64,000 nt of DNA from Marsupella aquatica. Its lineage: Eukaryota; Plantae; Marchantiophyta. The notes beneath the pieces were generated by a model. That model was not told the DNA's origin. It was given only the letters and a program-made list of their open reading frames with translations, and searched no databases. The DNA is taken from the NCBI GenBank assembly GCA_973895155.1, contig OZ316895.1, positions 8,358,184-8,422,183 on the forward strand. Direction: 5' to 3'. Positions within the stretch are counted from its first letter, which is position 1; each line of letters begins with the position of its first letter. Position numbers and translations under genes: made by a program. Shown here in pieces: positions 50,001 through 62,000 of this stretch.

Positions 50001-50266
50001 CTTCTTTTCTTCTTCTTTTTTCAAGAAGCCAAAAAAGGAGGCGGGTACCGGACACCACATAGGGGCGCAAAAGCCACCCTTCTTTGTTTCAGCAAGTCTC
50101 CTTTCTTGCAGGAAAGGAGAAAATCTTTTAAATGATCCCACGGGTGGACCCGCAAACCCATTCAAAACGTATATGTATGCCCAATAACCAAAAGGGCCCC
50201 AACCCAGAGACTCAAATCCAAAAGAAAGGGGGTAGGAGGAAAAACTGATTTTGGTCAGTTGACCAA

Positions 50267-50468
50267 GGGATTAGCCTGGAACCAAGAGGTCCCAAGTCCA
50301 ATACCCCCTCCACATGCAAGGGGTGAGGTCCCAAGTCCAATACCCCATCCACATGCAAGGGGTGGAGGGGATTAGCCTGGAACCAAGAGGTCCCAAGTCC
50401 AATACCCCCTCCACATGCAAGGGGTGAGGTCCCAAGTCCAATACCCCATCCACATGCAAGGGGTGGAG
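50267..50468. repeat. Nested tandem repeat: two ~100-bp units, each with two ~38-bp subunits
   Basis: gaggtcccaagtccaataccccc/atccacatgcaaggggtg occurs four times, and gggattagcctggaacc twice. Confidence 0.9.
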
Positions 50469-52468
50469 GATATGTGTGGGTGGGGTGTAGTGGTGAAAGT
50501 TAGTACTCGTCTTTCCTTTGGCTTCTGGCTGGGAAAGTGGGATGCCATAAAAGTGGGATGCCATAAAAGAAAAAGACACAACCATACAGTACCTTCCTTT
50601 GAGGTCAGCCAGAAAACCTTAAAAATTACCCTACCATGGACCCACAGCTGAGCGCTTCTGAATTGGGTGAAGTCACCCGGGGAGAACATCTATAGTCTAT
50701 AGTACCTTTCTTTGAGTTTAATAATTAGTCTGACTTTGAGGTCAGCCAGAAAACCTTAAAAATTGCCCTAACATGGACCCACAGAGGAGTACTTCTGGAT
50801 AGGCTCAAGTCACCCACCGGGCCACCCGGGGGGGGGGGACGCTGGCACTGTGGCTGTGGCACCTCTCCGCACGAAAAAGGTGGGTGTGGAGTGTGGACTT
50901 GAGTGTCTACTGCCCACTGTCCACCAAGCCGGTACAGTGATTCAAAGAAACATCCGTGATAGACGGGGGGTGGGGATCTTGAAAGCTGAACACGAGATTG
51001 AAATGCCTGCTGATCGACATCCGGACAGAACAGTCCCTCACCAGTCCACACTTCCAGCTACTGTACTACTACAACTGTAGTCTATCGCCTCGGACTGCCA
51101 ATTGCCCCGTTGCTTCGAAAACCGAAGGCCCCGCGTGAAGAAACGCCTCTCTATTGTCGGCTTGAAGTTTGAATTTCAACGTCGTTCGTGGATCTATCAG
51201 ACAGAAAATTCCCGAGATTCTATGAAATGATCCACACGGAGAATGAAGAACTCCGAAGTCCGGAGACGTGGTCGATTGCAATGCGTTCATTCTCGTGTGC
51301 CCTCTGACGACGTGCTTAGAGACCGCCTCCAACTTCGTTTACTGCTGTACATGCGCGGTCTCAAGAGCGCTTTGGATCTGCTGTCATTGGTTGCTTCGTT
51401 GAGTGATTGAGACAATGAGACCGACATCCACAATGTTATGTAGAGGCAAACATTCAGTAAACGACGGAAGACTTGGTTGAGAAATCCACTTCCTCGCTCG
51501 ATTCACACACTGCTCACTCGAGGTGACAAGGACCTGGCCTGAAATGTAACAGAAACACACTTCTGTAGACGTCAAGTTCTCCTCATTTACCTGAGGCTTC
51601 ATTTAGAAGCTAAGACCCAATGTAAAGTTGAATTGCCTGAGGTGATTCGGCAAATATCCGTTCCGCGCATTTCAACGAGAACCGGGACGAGAACGTGGCG
51701 AAGTCCAAAGCGCGTCTTCGTGAGACACCGCTGAAAACATAATAAAGACTAGACTTTCTAATCACCGATATGATATGGCAAGTATGTGTTCCATCATGTT
51801 GAGGAGGACACGCTGCAAGATTACAAACTCAAACGCAGCATCTCAGGTACTTCAGCATCTGAGATTGCTGCCACATTCACCATTACAGACATAGTACGCA
51901 AGCGGTTCACAAAGGTGTCCCGTAACTTAGCTTCCAACTGCAGATAGAAATACACAGATGGCCGATACCATACCGGTTATCCAGAAACCTGAACACCTAC
52001 TGTCGTGAACCAATAGAGCTCTCGGATAGATCTACCCCACCCAGGCCCTTGGGACACATCCGTGTCAGAACAGCGGCCTCTGGCCTTTGATTTTTATATA
52101 CACCTATCCACCGCTACTAATCCAGGCGCTACCCTCATAATGCTACACTACCCATCTCGGGGAATTCCCTCGTCCCGAAATATGACCATCCCAAACCAAC
52201 CATCATATCGATCCAGTCTGATTCGCCTCGCGCCTATATCCCTTACTATCCCGCTTGCGAAGGGAAAGTGTCGCAATTGACGAAAGGCGGATTATCACCC
52301 CAGGCTCATCAGTAGAACGGAATAGCCAGGCTTCGGCACACCACGCTTGGAAATCTGTTCAGCATAAGAACTTATGGACAACGAATAAGTAGTAGCAGAG
52401 ACTGGGTCATGCGCGAGATGCGCAGAACAGACTCTACGAACCTTCATACACCTGTGCCCTTACCATGC

Positions 52469-52834
52469 TTAACCCCTCGCACATCGGGTGATTGCAGAAC
52501 ATCCCCTTTGATACGGTCGGACTGGTCCAGAGGCGGACCGGCAGTTCGGCGTGTAGTAAGGCCTTCCAGATTGCGGTGGACATGGAACATTACCTGCCGT
52601 TAACGCACCATACCCAATGTACGCACCGGAACCTGCGAGAACCCTCCTGGTGCTTGCATCGGACTGACCTCTACTGCTCCAGGCCCATGAGAGATCAGCC
52701 GAAGAAGAGGCCGACGATAACCAGCCCAAATCAGCTCGCGCCCTGTCTACGACGACGGCGAGAAAGAGCACAGAGAAGAACACGACCACGCATACATTCA
52801 CTCGTCGGCCCGTCAGCCCATTGTTTGGTCCCAT
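52469..52834 (-). CDS. RALF: RALF (rapid alkalinization factor) peptide precursor, 121 aa, intronless
   Basis: Hydrophobic signal peptide, RRVL (S1P site), YIGY motif, VPC...YY..NC....GPV.PY.RGCSAITRC with four conserved Cys. Confidence 0.93.
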   Translation of the reverse strand: MGPNNGLTGRRVNVCVVVFFSVLFLAVVVDRARADLGWLSSASSSADLSWAWSSRGQSDASTRRVLAGSGAYIGYGALTAGNVPCPPQSGRPYYTPNCRSASGPVRPYQRGCSAITRCARG

Positions 52835-55409
52835 AATGCCTCGCCCCAGCGATCAGATCAGGCCAACTTTGCCGCTCCTGCTGACCGGCTGCTGATCTTC
52901 TTCTTATGAACGCCGTGCGCGCACTGAACTGATCACTTGCGCTTCACCTGACTCACTCCCTAAAGAGAATCCCAGACTGCTGGATGCACCGACGAGAAAC
53001 ACAGAATCGAAATGCCTATCGGCAAGAGTTCGCACCAGGCGCATGCGTGCGGACGACAACTGAACTGAACAGAGAAGAGAAGAGCAACCTCTTGAACCTC
53101 TAGGAAGTCCACGAAACAATGAATCCAGCCGCCGTTGGTGGCAGTGATTTTGACCTGGAGCTAGTTCCTGAGAATGACCATCTCATTCCTGACCAGGATC
53201 ATGCTACGTCCTGAGAACGAGCAAAAATGTAGCTAATAAGCCGAGTGCGCGTCCCCCTCCTCCTCCGGTGCTGCTGCCACTGGAGCTAGCAGCTGTAGCT
53301 AGCGACTCAAATGCAGCTTGACCGAGTCGATGATCTCCGTAATCGACAGGAAAGTTCAGGACTTCAGGAGGAGGCCCACTCAATTCAATCAAGCCAGCCG
53401 GAAGACGCGCCGCGATGGAGGCCTCATCTCGAACGCCACAAACAAAACAGTAGTGGAGGAGTGCTGGATTGTTGGTGGCTTGTTGGTTGCATTGAGTGAT
53501 TGCCTCGCCTCCTTGAGTCCTTGCCGACCGCACCTCCTCGGACTTCATCTACGTACCTCATGAATCATGATTACTGTTCGAAAACGCAAATGCCCGCCAG
53601 CCATGCTGCAGCAGTGCAGCTGCAGTTGCTATCAATGCGGGACGACGGAGGTCGGAGGAGGGCGAAGGGTCACCGACTCATCACCGGTGTTTTGGATGGA
53701 GGATGCTGCGGCCGTATCGCGGCAGACTGTGAGGACTGAGGACTGAGGACTGACTCATCCGAGGAAGCACTCGATCCAATATAATAATAATGCGGGTCTC
53801 AAATCTCAAATATGTTTTCCCGCTCCTAGTAACTAGCCCTATTACCCTTTACTATATTTCAAACTGAGAACCGGGTCATGTCTCAGGCGAAAAATCATTA
53901 CAAAAATTCCTTCATTTTGTTTAATTTTTGTTTTTTGTCCACGGCTCATTTCAGTTTTGTCTTTGTATATAGTGTCACTTTTACCTATCCTCATTTAAAG
54001 TTTTGTCCTTATTGAAACTCACTATCAATTTTGTCTACTTATTAGGAGTCCAGGTCTAGAGGTTTCACTCTAGACCTAGGCCCTGAAGAGTAGGCTTTAG
54101 TTTGATCTTTCATAATAAGCTTTTTAATTCTAGGAAAACCCAATTTTGGAGAGCATGTTTTCTCACTCCTACACGTAGTTTTAATCTTAGGGAAACTAAT
54201 TTTGGAGGTATTAGCCTCACTGCCCCTTATCTGCAAAGTGAATACAGGTGAGCTATGGGATTCCCCTTTCCCCAATTTTGGATGTACTAGCCAGACTACC
54301 CATTCTCTGAAAATGAAAATGAAGAGAGGTGAGCTATGGGAGTGAAGCACACAAGAACTTCAATGGGGAGGAGCACAGGACACAACAGATGTGGAATAGA
54401 GGAGCACAGCACACAGCCCCGTACCCTAAACTCAATTCCCAATTTTCAGTACACTTTTTTCACCCACACTCCCAAAGCACCCCAAACTTAAGTGACACCC
54501 TCAGAACTACGGTCTTGAGACTTCAGTCTAGACCATGGCCCTGGAAAGTAGCTTCTCTCCACGCTTTATTCATAAGATTTGTTTGATAGTCCACTAAACC
54601 AAACTTTGCTCCTGAACAACCCAATGAGGTTTTGGGTATGTTGATTAAAGGTCTATCAACTCTTTGGGTCTCTTAGGATTCCCTTTGAGTAATATTTTTC
54701 ATTTTGGGGGTCTACCAAGCATATACATTTTCAATTCTGGGCAAACTTTAATCAGGGTTTTTGGGAGCAAGCACAATCTTGCACGAGCCATATCCTAAGA
54801 TCTATATGTGTTATGTAGGTGTCACATGGCTGTCTTCGGGGTCATGCGGTGCTCAAGGTACTGCTACAGGATCTGCATTAATTCCAATACTTTTATTTAT
54901 ATACATTTGCACATGTTATGATGACACCCAAATGTAAGACATGTGCATTGTTTAGCAAACACATCTTTCTGAACCTGAATGGTCCGAATGCAGCAATGTG
55001 CTGACAACTACTCTTTAAGATCTCTAGGTTTAGAGCATCTCCAGCGGAGCCCCCAAACAGCCCGTAAACACCAAACCATTGAGTAGATCGGGTTTTACAG
55101 AAACCAGTCTCCAGCGGTTGCGCCATCCGTATTTTTTTAGCGGATGCCGCTACTTTTGCCAACTCCGCGCCGCTACTTTCGCGCATGAAGGAGGTCGCCA
55201 TTTGAAGCCCCTCCGCCAGCCCCCAAAGTGATCAATGTTGGTAATCGGCCCACACGGCACTCGCAATGTGCAGGCTTCACCGCTCGCGCCAGAATATGAA
55301 CTCTTTCCCGCTTGGACTGTCAATGAACAGTTCTCGTGGGCCAGGACATATCGTGCAAAATTGACATTGCACACGAGGACTCCATTGAGATTGTGTGTAC
55401 CTTGCTCTG

Positions 55410-56248
55410 AAGATGGCAGCAAGTCGTGGGAAAATTACGGTCCCGAAGAGCTCAAATAACTATGCTACTGTGTACTCCATGTCTCGCATGATCCTTGTGT
55501 AGGTGCAGGGCAAAGGGCTGAGCAATTTTGGGACCGGGTCACTGAGCATTACGAGAAGCACAAACCAAAGGGAGCTGAGTCAAGAGGCCAAAAATCACTG
55601 GAAGGGAAATGGTCTGACATTAAACACGATGTCTCAAAGTTCATAGGGTGCTTTCAATAGGTAGAGGACCTTCAAATTTTGGGGACAAATGTTGATGACA
55701 CAGTGGTGAAGGCAAAAGAATTATTCAAGCAAACCCATCCAAAAGGGAAATCTTTCAGTTTTGATTCTTGCTTCTGGATTTTGAAAGATTGTCCACGGTG
55801 GGGGAATCCATTAGACGATATGGCCAAAGGGAAGGGGAAGAAATCAGCAACGCCTAGGAGTGAGGCAAAAGACATTGAATACTCTAGCCCGAGTCCAATT
55901 CTCACAGACAATGGTGACAATGAGTGTTGACAGAGACCAGGTTGCCTGCCAGGATGAAGCTCACGAAGATCGACAAAGTGATATGAGGAAGAGGCCTCAA
56001 GGAACAAGAGGGCGAAGGAAGATCACAAGCGGATGAAGGTTGAGCAAGAGGCCATGAAGATTAGTGTCAATGCTCAGAAGGAGATGGCAGCTGCAAACAG
56101 AGCTCGGGTGATAACTTTGCAAAATAATTCTCTCATGAAAGTGCTCACATTGCCTACTGACAACATGGAACCAGAGCTTCGAGATTTTGTGAAACAATGG
56201 AAGTTGGAAGAGGCGATGAAGCTGAAAGCTAGCACGGATGCAAAGTAG
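55410..56248 (+). pseudogene. Harbinger Myb/SANT-like (NAM-associated-type) DNA-binding protein, disrupted
   Basis: Motifs VSHDPCVGAGQRAEQFWDRV, SLEGKWSDIKHDVSKFIG and FSFDSCFWILKDCPRW, with internal stops. Confidence 0.75.
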
Positions 56249-57499
56249 TGGAACTGCTCCCTTTGCTGTTCAGAACCCACTTTCCTGTATTTCCCGAGAG
56301 CACGGTTGGCCCGATTGAAAGCCCACATGTAGTTGAGGACAGTGCAGATTATGAGTGCAAATTTCAGCCTGATCAAGCTGGATTTTCATTCCAAAGTTTA
56401 TTGGCTAGCCAATTGTAGTCATGGATTTCTCAGCAGCTGTGAATGGCTTCAATTGTATTCACGTGTTTCTTATCAATAAAATTGTTTCCTTGCACTCAGT
56501 TCACATTATAAACATTGCATATTGAATTGCTGCGAATAGAGACGCTTCCTTGCACTCAGTTCACATTATAGACATTGCATACTGAATTGCTGCAAACAAA
56601 GGTTGTTTCATTACATTTAAACAGTGTTGTTACAAAATTGAATGCAAACAAGGCCATTCATATTCCTCATGGGCATTTCTAATTTCAACCCTAGCCTACT
56701 TGTGTTAAACTGTGCCATAACAAAACAGAAGTCTATGGCCGAAAAACTAACATAATACCCCACGTAAACTAACTAGCTCCACAATGAGACCTAAGATCGA
56801 GCCCTCGGTGGTCTGCACTTTGGGCTAGGGGGGAGCTGAGGAAACACCACATCACTCCCGGTTGCATTGTTGGTGCTCTCTGCATCTGTCACAGCATCCT
56901 CATCTTCAGGGTTTTCCATGCTTGCCATTAGGCACGCCTCTTCGGAATTTTCAGGTAGAAAATCCATGACTTTCATCTCCAATGGTGATTTCCTGGTAAT
57001 CTTTCCCTTCCTTGGTACCTTGATTGGCAGAGCCTTGGGTTTCGATTGGACCTCCGGGAACGATTGTGCCTTCTCCATGTTGGCGTGAGTGGATGGGCTT
57101 GGCGAAATACAATTACCAACTGATCTCCTCATTTCAGCCTACAAACTTTTATTTAGGCCTGTCAATTGCTTCAGCTTAGGCAGCGAAATGAGAAGTAAAA
57201 CTCAAGCTCCAATGTGAGTGACAAAGGTTTAACTTGATGTTGCTTATACCTGTTGCGTTCATTTCCTCTTGTGGACTACATTTCCTTTCGTGGACTTTTG
57301 TTCCCCTGGTACCAAACAAACTGCCTCGAAAATATCCCCATGTGTGTTGTACCTATTCAATGAGTCAATCCAAGTGTGACTCGTACCCTATCATTGTACC
57401 TTGGCCTCAAGATGTTCAATTTGTACTTTGACCTTTGACTCCAAAAGAAATGCAGATTTCAGAAAGAAAGACTTACCTGACTTTCAATGGTTAGAAAGG

Positions 57500-59097
57500 C
57501 CAGACCCTCTTCAATTCCAAAGGTGGTCAACAATGTCATTTCTTAGACAAAAATGGTTGGCCTTGTTGTTAATTTCAGTTGTTGCAGCAAGGAACTCCAA
57601 CCACGACAAATTTCCCCTATTGACTCTTGCAGCACTAATTCTTAAATATAGAGGGAAATTATCATCCCTTTCATCCTCAATATTAATCATATTGTGAAGG
57701 ATGACACATGCAAGTAGAATGCTAACAATGTTTTTTTTTCATACCAAGACCGTGCAGGCCTCTTCACCTCGGGGGGTTGACTATCAAAAATCTTAGGAAC
57801 CACGTGCAATCCAAAATAGGTATTTTTGGCAGATTTTAACTAAATTTTAAAAAAGTGTAGGAGGCAAAAGAAGGTATTATAAACTCATGTTTATAGAATA
57901 TTCTTTAACATATACCTTTTATAAAGTAAAATAGGTTATTAATATTGAAAATAAAGAATATTCTTGGAATATTTTCTTTATAAAATAGGTCTATTTATAT
58001 TAGGCTAGGATCGCACGTGGTACCCCAAAATATACACTTAGTTAATCCCCCGAGCTCTTCACTATCTTAAATCTAGCTTGGAGTACCCCAAAAGCCCTCT
58101 CCACATCATTCCTTGCTGCTTCTTGGTACCTTGCAAAATGCTTCAACTTCTCAGATTGTGGCATGTGCACAGTGGATATGAACATAGACCACTCAGGATA
58201 AATTCCATCAACCAAAAGATAAGCTTGTTTGTACTCTGTACCAATCACATGGAAACTGACATTGGCTGAATCATTACGCAACCATTCATCTAGAAGTGGT
58301 GAGCGGTCAAGGACATTGAGATCATTGTTTCCCCCAGCCAGTCCAAAAATGGCATGCCAAATCCACAATTCTTGATCAGCAATGGCCTCCAAGATGATGG
58401 ACTTATTCTTGAATGTCCTTGTCAGTGTATTGGCCTTGCCAAGCAACAAGGCAATTCTTCCATGCCCAGTGCATGCAATCCAATGAGCCAAACAGGAAAA
58501 CCTCTATCTACATTAATTTGAAGATGATTCTGGAAATCTTCAGTAGTTGGCTTCCTCAAATAGTGACTCATACAATTCTCTAATGGCTTTCACAAAGCGA
58601 TACAGAGACTCCAATGCTGTGCTTTCACCAATTCTACAATACTTGTCCAAAGCATCCGCCCCAATTTGATAAGCTAATTGCCTCAATGTTGCAGTCAATT
58701 TTTGATGCGGAGACAAGCCTACTTTCCCTGCAGCATCAACCTTCAGGCAAAAGTAAGTGTCATGTGCACACACATCAACAAGAATTTTTCTAAACAAACT
58801 GCTACTCATTCTGAATCTCCTCCAAAATTTCAACTCGTCATAGGTTGGACTAGCGGAAAAATAATCATTCCAGAGGTCTTCTGCCTCCTTTTCTTTACGC
58901 CTCTCCACATTCTCACTCCTGCCTGGCCCAGACCCTCTGTGCTTTCTTTTCCTGGGGTGCCTGGAAAAATTTGCAGTAGCAAGGGGTCCACTGAACATCA
59001 TCAACTCCCAAAATCTTTGTTCCTCATCCCATTCAGCCTTCTCCTCTTCGAATTCTTCATCGAGATCCGCCAACCATCTTTCCAGTTGCTCCATCAT
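57500..59097 (-). pseudogene. Harbinger/PIF DDE transposase, frameshifted and MITE-interrupted
   Basis: LWNDYF, FWRRFRMS, DAAGKVGLS, LRQLAY, ILEAIADQELWIWHA.FG..G.NNDLNVL, YLLVDGIYP, DVERAFGVLQARF. Confidence 0.9.
57768..58054. mobile_element. 287-bp MITE with an 8-bp TSD, inserted in the Harbinger transposase
   Basis: TIRs ctcggggggttgacta / tagttaatcccccgag, with inner inverted accacgtgcaatcc / ggatcgcacgtggt. TSD ctcttcac at 57760-57767 and 58055-58062. Removal restores KIVKRPARSWYE. Confidence 0.9.
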
Positions 59098-62000
59098 TGA
59101 ACAGATATAGTACAATCGTGGCCAAACTGAATTTTATTTTGATTGAAACCGCAAAAGCTGATCGAAGGTCGCTTCAATGAGATCGCATTGAAATTAAGGC
59201 ACACATGCAGCACAAAACACAAAAAAATTGATGCACCTGTTGTGACATGTGTATGCTGGCGCATCTGGTTCTTCAGGTGGACTTTGACTCCTGCCTTGAC
59301 TTCTCTCTCGCACAACGGGCTTCTCTATTGCACTTCAAACTTTGTAATCCACGTGGGGCCCAGTTCATACATGTGATCAGCGTATGGAGGTCAGAATGGG
59401 GTGTCACCATTGGGGATCGCGCAAAGGTCTTGGCACTGGCTATTTTGGCAACCACCATACTCTCCACTTTATATGATGGGGATAGTGGCGAGCAAACTCC
59501 AAACCGCTGGAGATGCTCTTAGTGAATCCCTTACTTTAGATTCTAAGGGTCTGTCACAAGTCCGAGTCTTTGCCAGGGTCTTTGCCAAACCCAACGGTCC
59601 CTACTTGTTTGGTTTATGGTTATTGTAGATAGTCTTATCTTCCTTAATTAGGCCAGATGGTCAACAAAAACCCTTAAATTAATGGACTCAGTGTTGGAGT
59701 TAGGCAACGTCAAAGCAAATAATTTTTGAGTAGGTGCACGTCATGTTAGTGACTTACACGGTCCTCCCTTTTTGAATGGCAGTGTCTACATTGACCCTAA
59801 GTGTGCCTCACACGCCCTCTCACACGGGGCCTCATAAAGGGCTTAGACCAACTGGGTTATAAAATATTTTGAAAGAGAATTAGTGGTTTTTCCAAAAGTC
59901 CAACACAAACCTGGTTAAAAGTGCGCATCTTGAAACTCAAAGAAATTGAACTAATTCAACTAAGCAGAGGCTAGTATAGATGGTCAAGCTAACTCCGTGT
60001 CCAACAGACCATCAATTCCCCCTTAGACAATCCAGAAGGTTAAACCAAAGTTTCTCACAAATGTAGTACAAATATTAAATAGCTTCAACTCCCGGATTGC
60101 AAATTGGTCACCAGGCCAACAACCTCTTGCTCTCACAAGGTCCAAAATTATTCTTAAGAGGCCAAGGTGATCAGAAGTAGAACCAAGATATAACATACTT
60201 GCAAAGTAATTATATAGCAACCCATATCGAACTAAATAGGTGGCCTGGTGTAGGTGGCAAGCCACTCCTCTAACTGTAGCTTCCAAGGATCTCTAAGCAT
60301 TCTTTGTCCTCTAGTTCCCAAGTGCATTGGTCTGGTTGTAACCAAACCACTTAACCAACTAGTCAATCCCGTAGTCAATAAGTTGCTTCCCAAGCCTACG
60401 TTTACATTCATGGTCACCCGCATGGTCAAGAATAACCTTAAATGTGTATTCCTCTAAATCCTGAACAATCAATGCAACAGGCCGTAAAAAATCTCTCAAT
60501 TAGGATCAAGGTCCTCTACAAACTTTTTGAGTGAGCTAGCATGGTCATTTTTTCCAACACCCAATCATGAACTCAGGTGTTTCTAGCCCAACGGAGACTG
60601 GGTTGTCATTGTGAGCCCATTGCAATGCACATGTGGGTGCAAAATTCCTACTTATCTTATTGTGATATTGCTTGGGTCTTAGTTGCAACTAGACACTCTT
60701 CCTAATTTCAAAGCTAACCTGACGTTGATGTTTGTCCACTTGGTGCTCCTTGTACCAATTTTGGGCAAGGGTCATCCCCTTGGTAGCCTAGCCCGTGACT
60801 ATCGTCAACCTTTACTATGGTTACAGTTGTAACCCTAGACCTAAGAGTAAATGCCTAGCAATTATTTAGCCTAAATATTTTTGCTGTTGAGAAAATGATT
60901 GTGCTCGATCACTGCCCTCCATTGCACTCCTCTATTAGGATTCTTTTACACTCAACCTGAATCCTAGCAAGACATACGAGGGGGAAGCAAGTTGTTCAAG
61001 TGGATTGTTGCAATGTTGCACATTCATGGCGTCAAGTTTGATAGCGTGGGAGCCTCCAAAATGCCTAGTGAACCCAACCCATTCAAACTCAACCTGAACA
61101 AGTTGAAATTGCTTTACTCAACAAGATCAAATTTTTCAATTTGGAAATCTTTCCAAAGGGCGTCAAGTATTGTTGAAGGGCACCAACCAATTTGGTGCAA
61201 ATGCTGGTGCACTGACCATGATTGTACTTGAGGTAACAATGGTTGTGTTTCTTGCGAACTACAGATTTTGGACCCGCAATCTGTCTGTAGCATTCTAGTA
61301 ATTGGAAACCTCCATGGAAATTGGTTTGAGATGGTCATAAGTTTATGGTTTTTTACAAATGTTATTGGCACTCATAGGTCACCCAAAAATTAGTCTGCAC
61401 ATTTCATTAGCGCCTTAAAAAACTTGAAAGTGATAAATGCAAGCAGGTGGATGTTATGACCCATCTCACAATAGGGCTCACAATCTGACTGCGTGCAACA
61501 GGCATAACTATTGGCCTGGATGTCCATTAGACAAACCATGACTTCAAGACAGTGCATTTGGCCTACTCTAGTGCTCATCTGAGCTAGTTGCTTTGTCAAT
61601 CAGGCTAACTAAGGGGTTAAAGCTAAAATATGAAGGTTGGAGCTCTGGGGGCACATCATAATCCATTTATGTAGTGCACGAGCGCCATGTCTGTGCATTG
61701 CACAATTCCACAATTGGGTGAGTGAGAAAGCAAGGGCCTGACAAGAGTCGTGGGCACTAGTCAGGTTGCGTACTGGCTCCACTCCTGGGCATTGGGCAAC
61801 ATGGCGTCTCAGGGGCCTCACTCCAAGGGAGATCCCATATCACACGCGAAATTTTAAGTAATAAATATCCTAAAACTTAACAAAATAAAATAGATTTCTA
61901 GTATTTTCAACCCCTAAAATTAAGGAATATTGTAAGAATATTCTCACATTTGGTATTACAAAATCCCTATAGGTCTTATAATTCTCAGAGTTGGATTCAA

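Larger units (their letters stand above)
55033..59518. mobile_element. Full-length PIF/Harbinger DNA transposon (4486 bp), decayed
   Basis: Perfect 15-bp TIRs GAGCATCTCCAGCGG (55033-55047) and CCGCTGGAGATGCTC (59504-59518). TTA TSD on both sides. Convergent Myb/SANT-like and DDE transposase genes. Confidence 0.95.
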
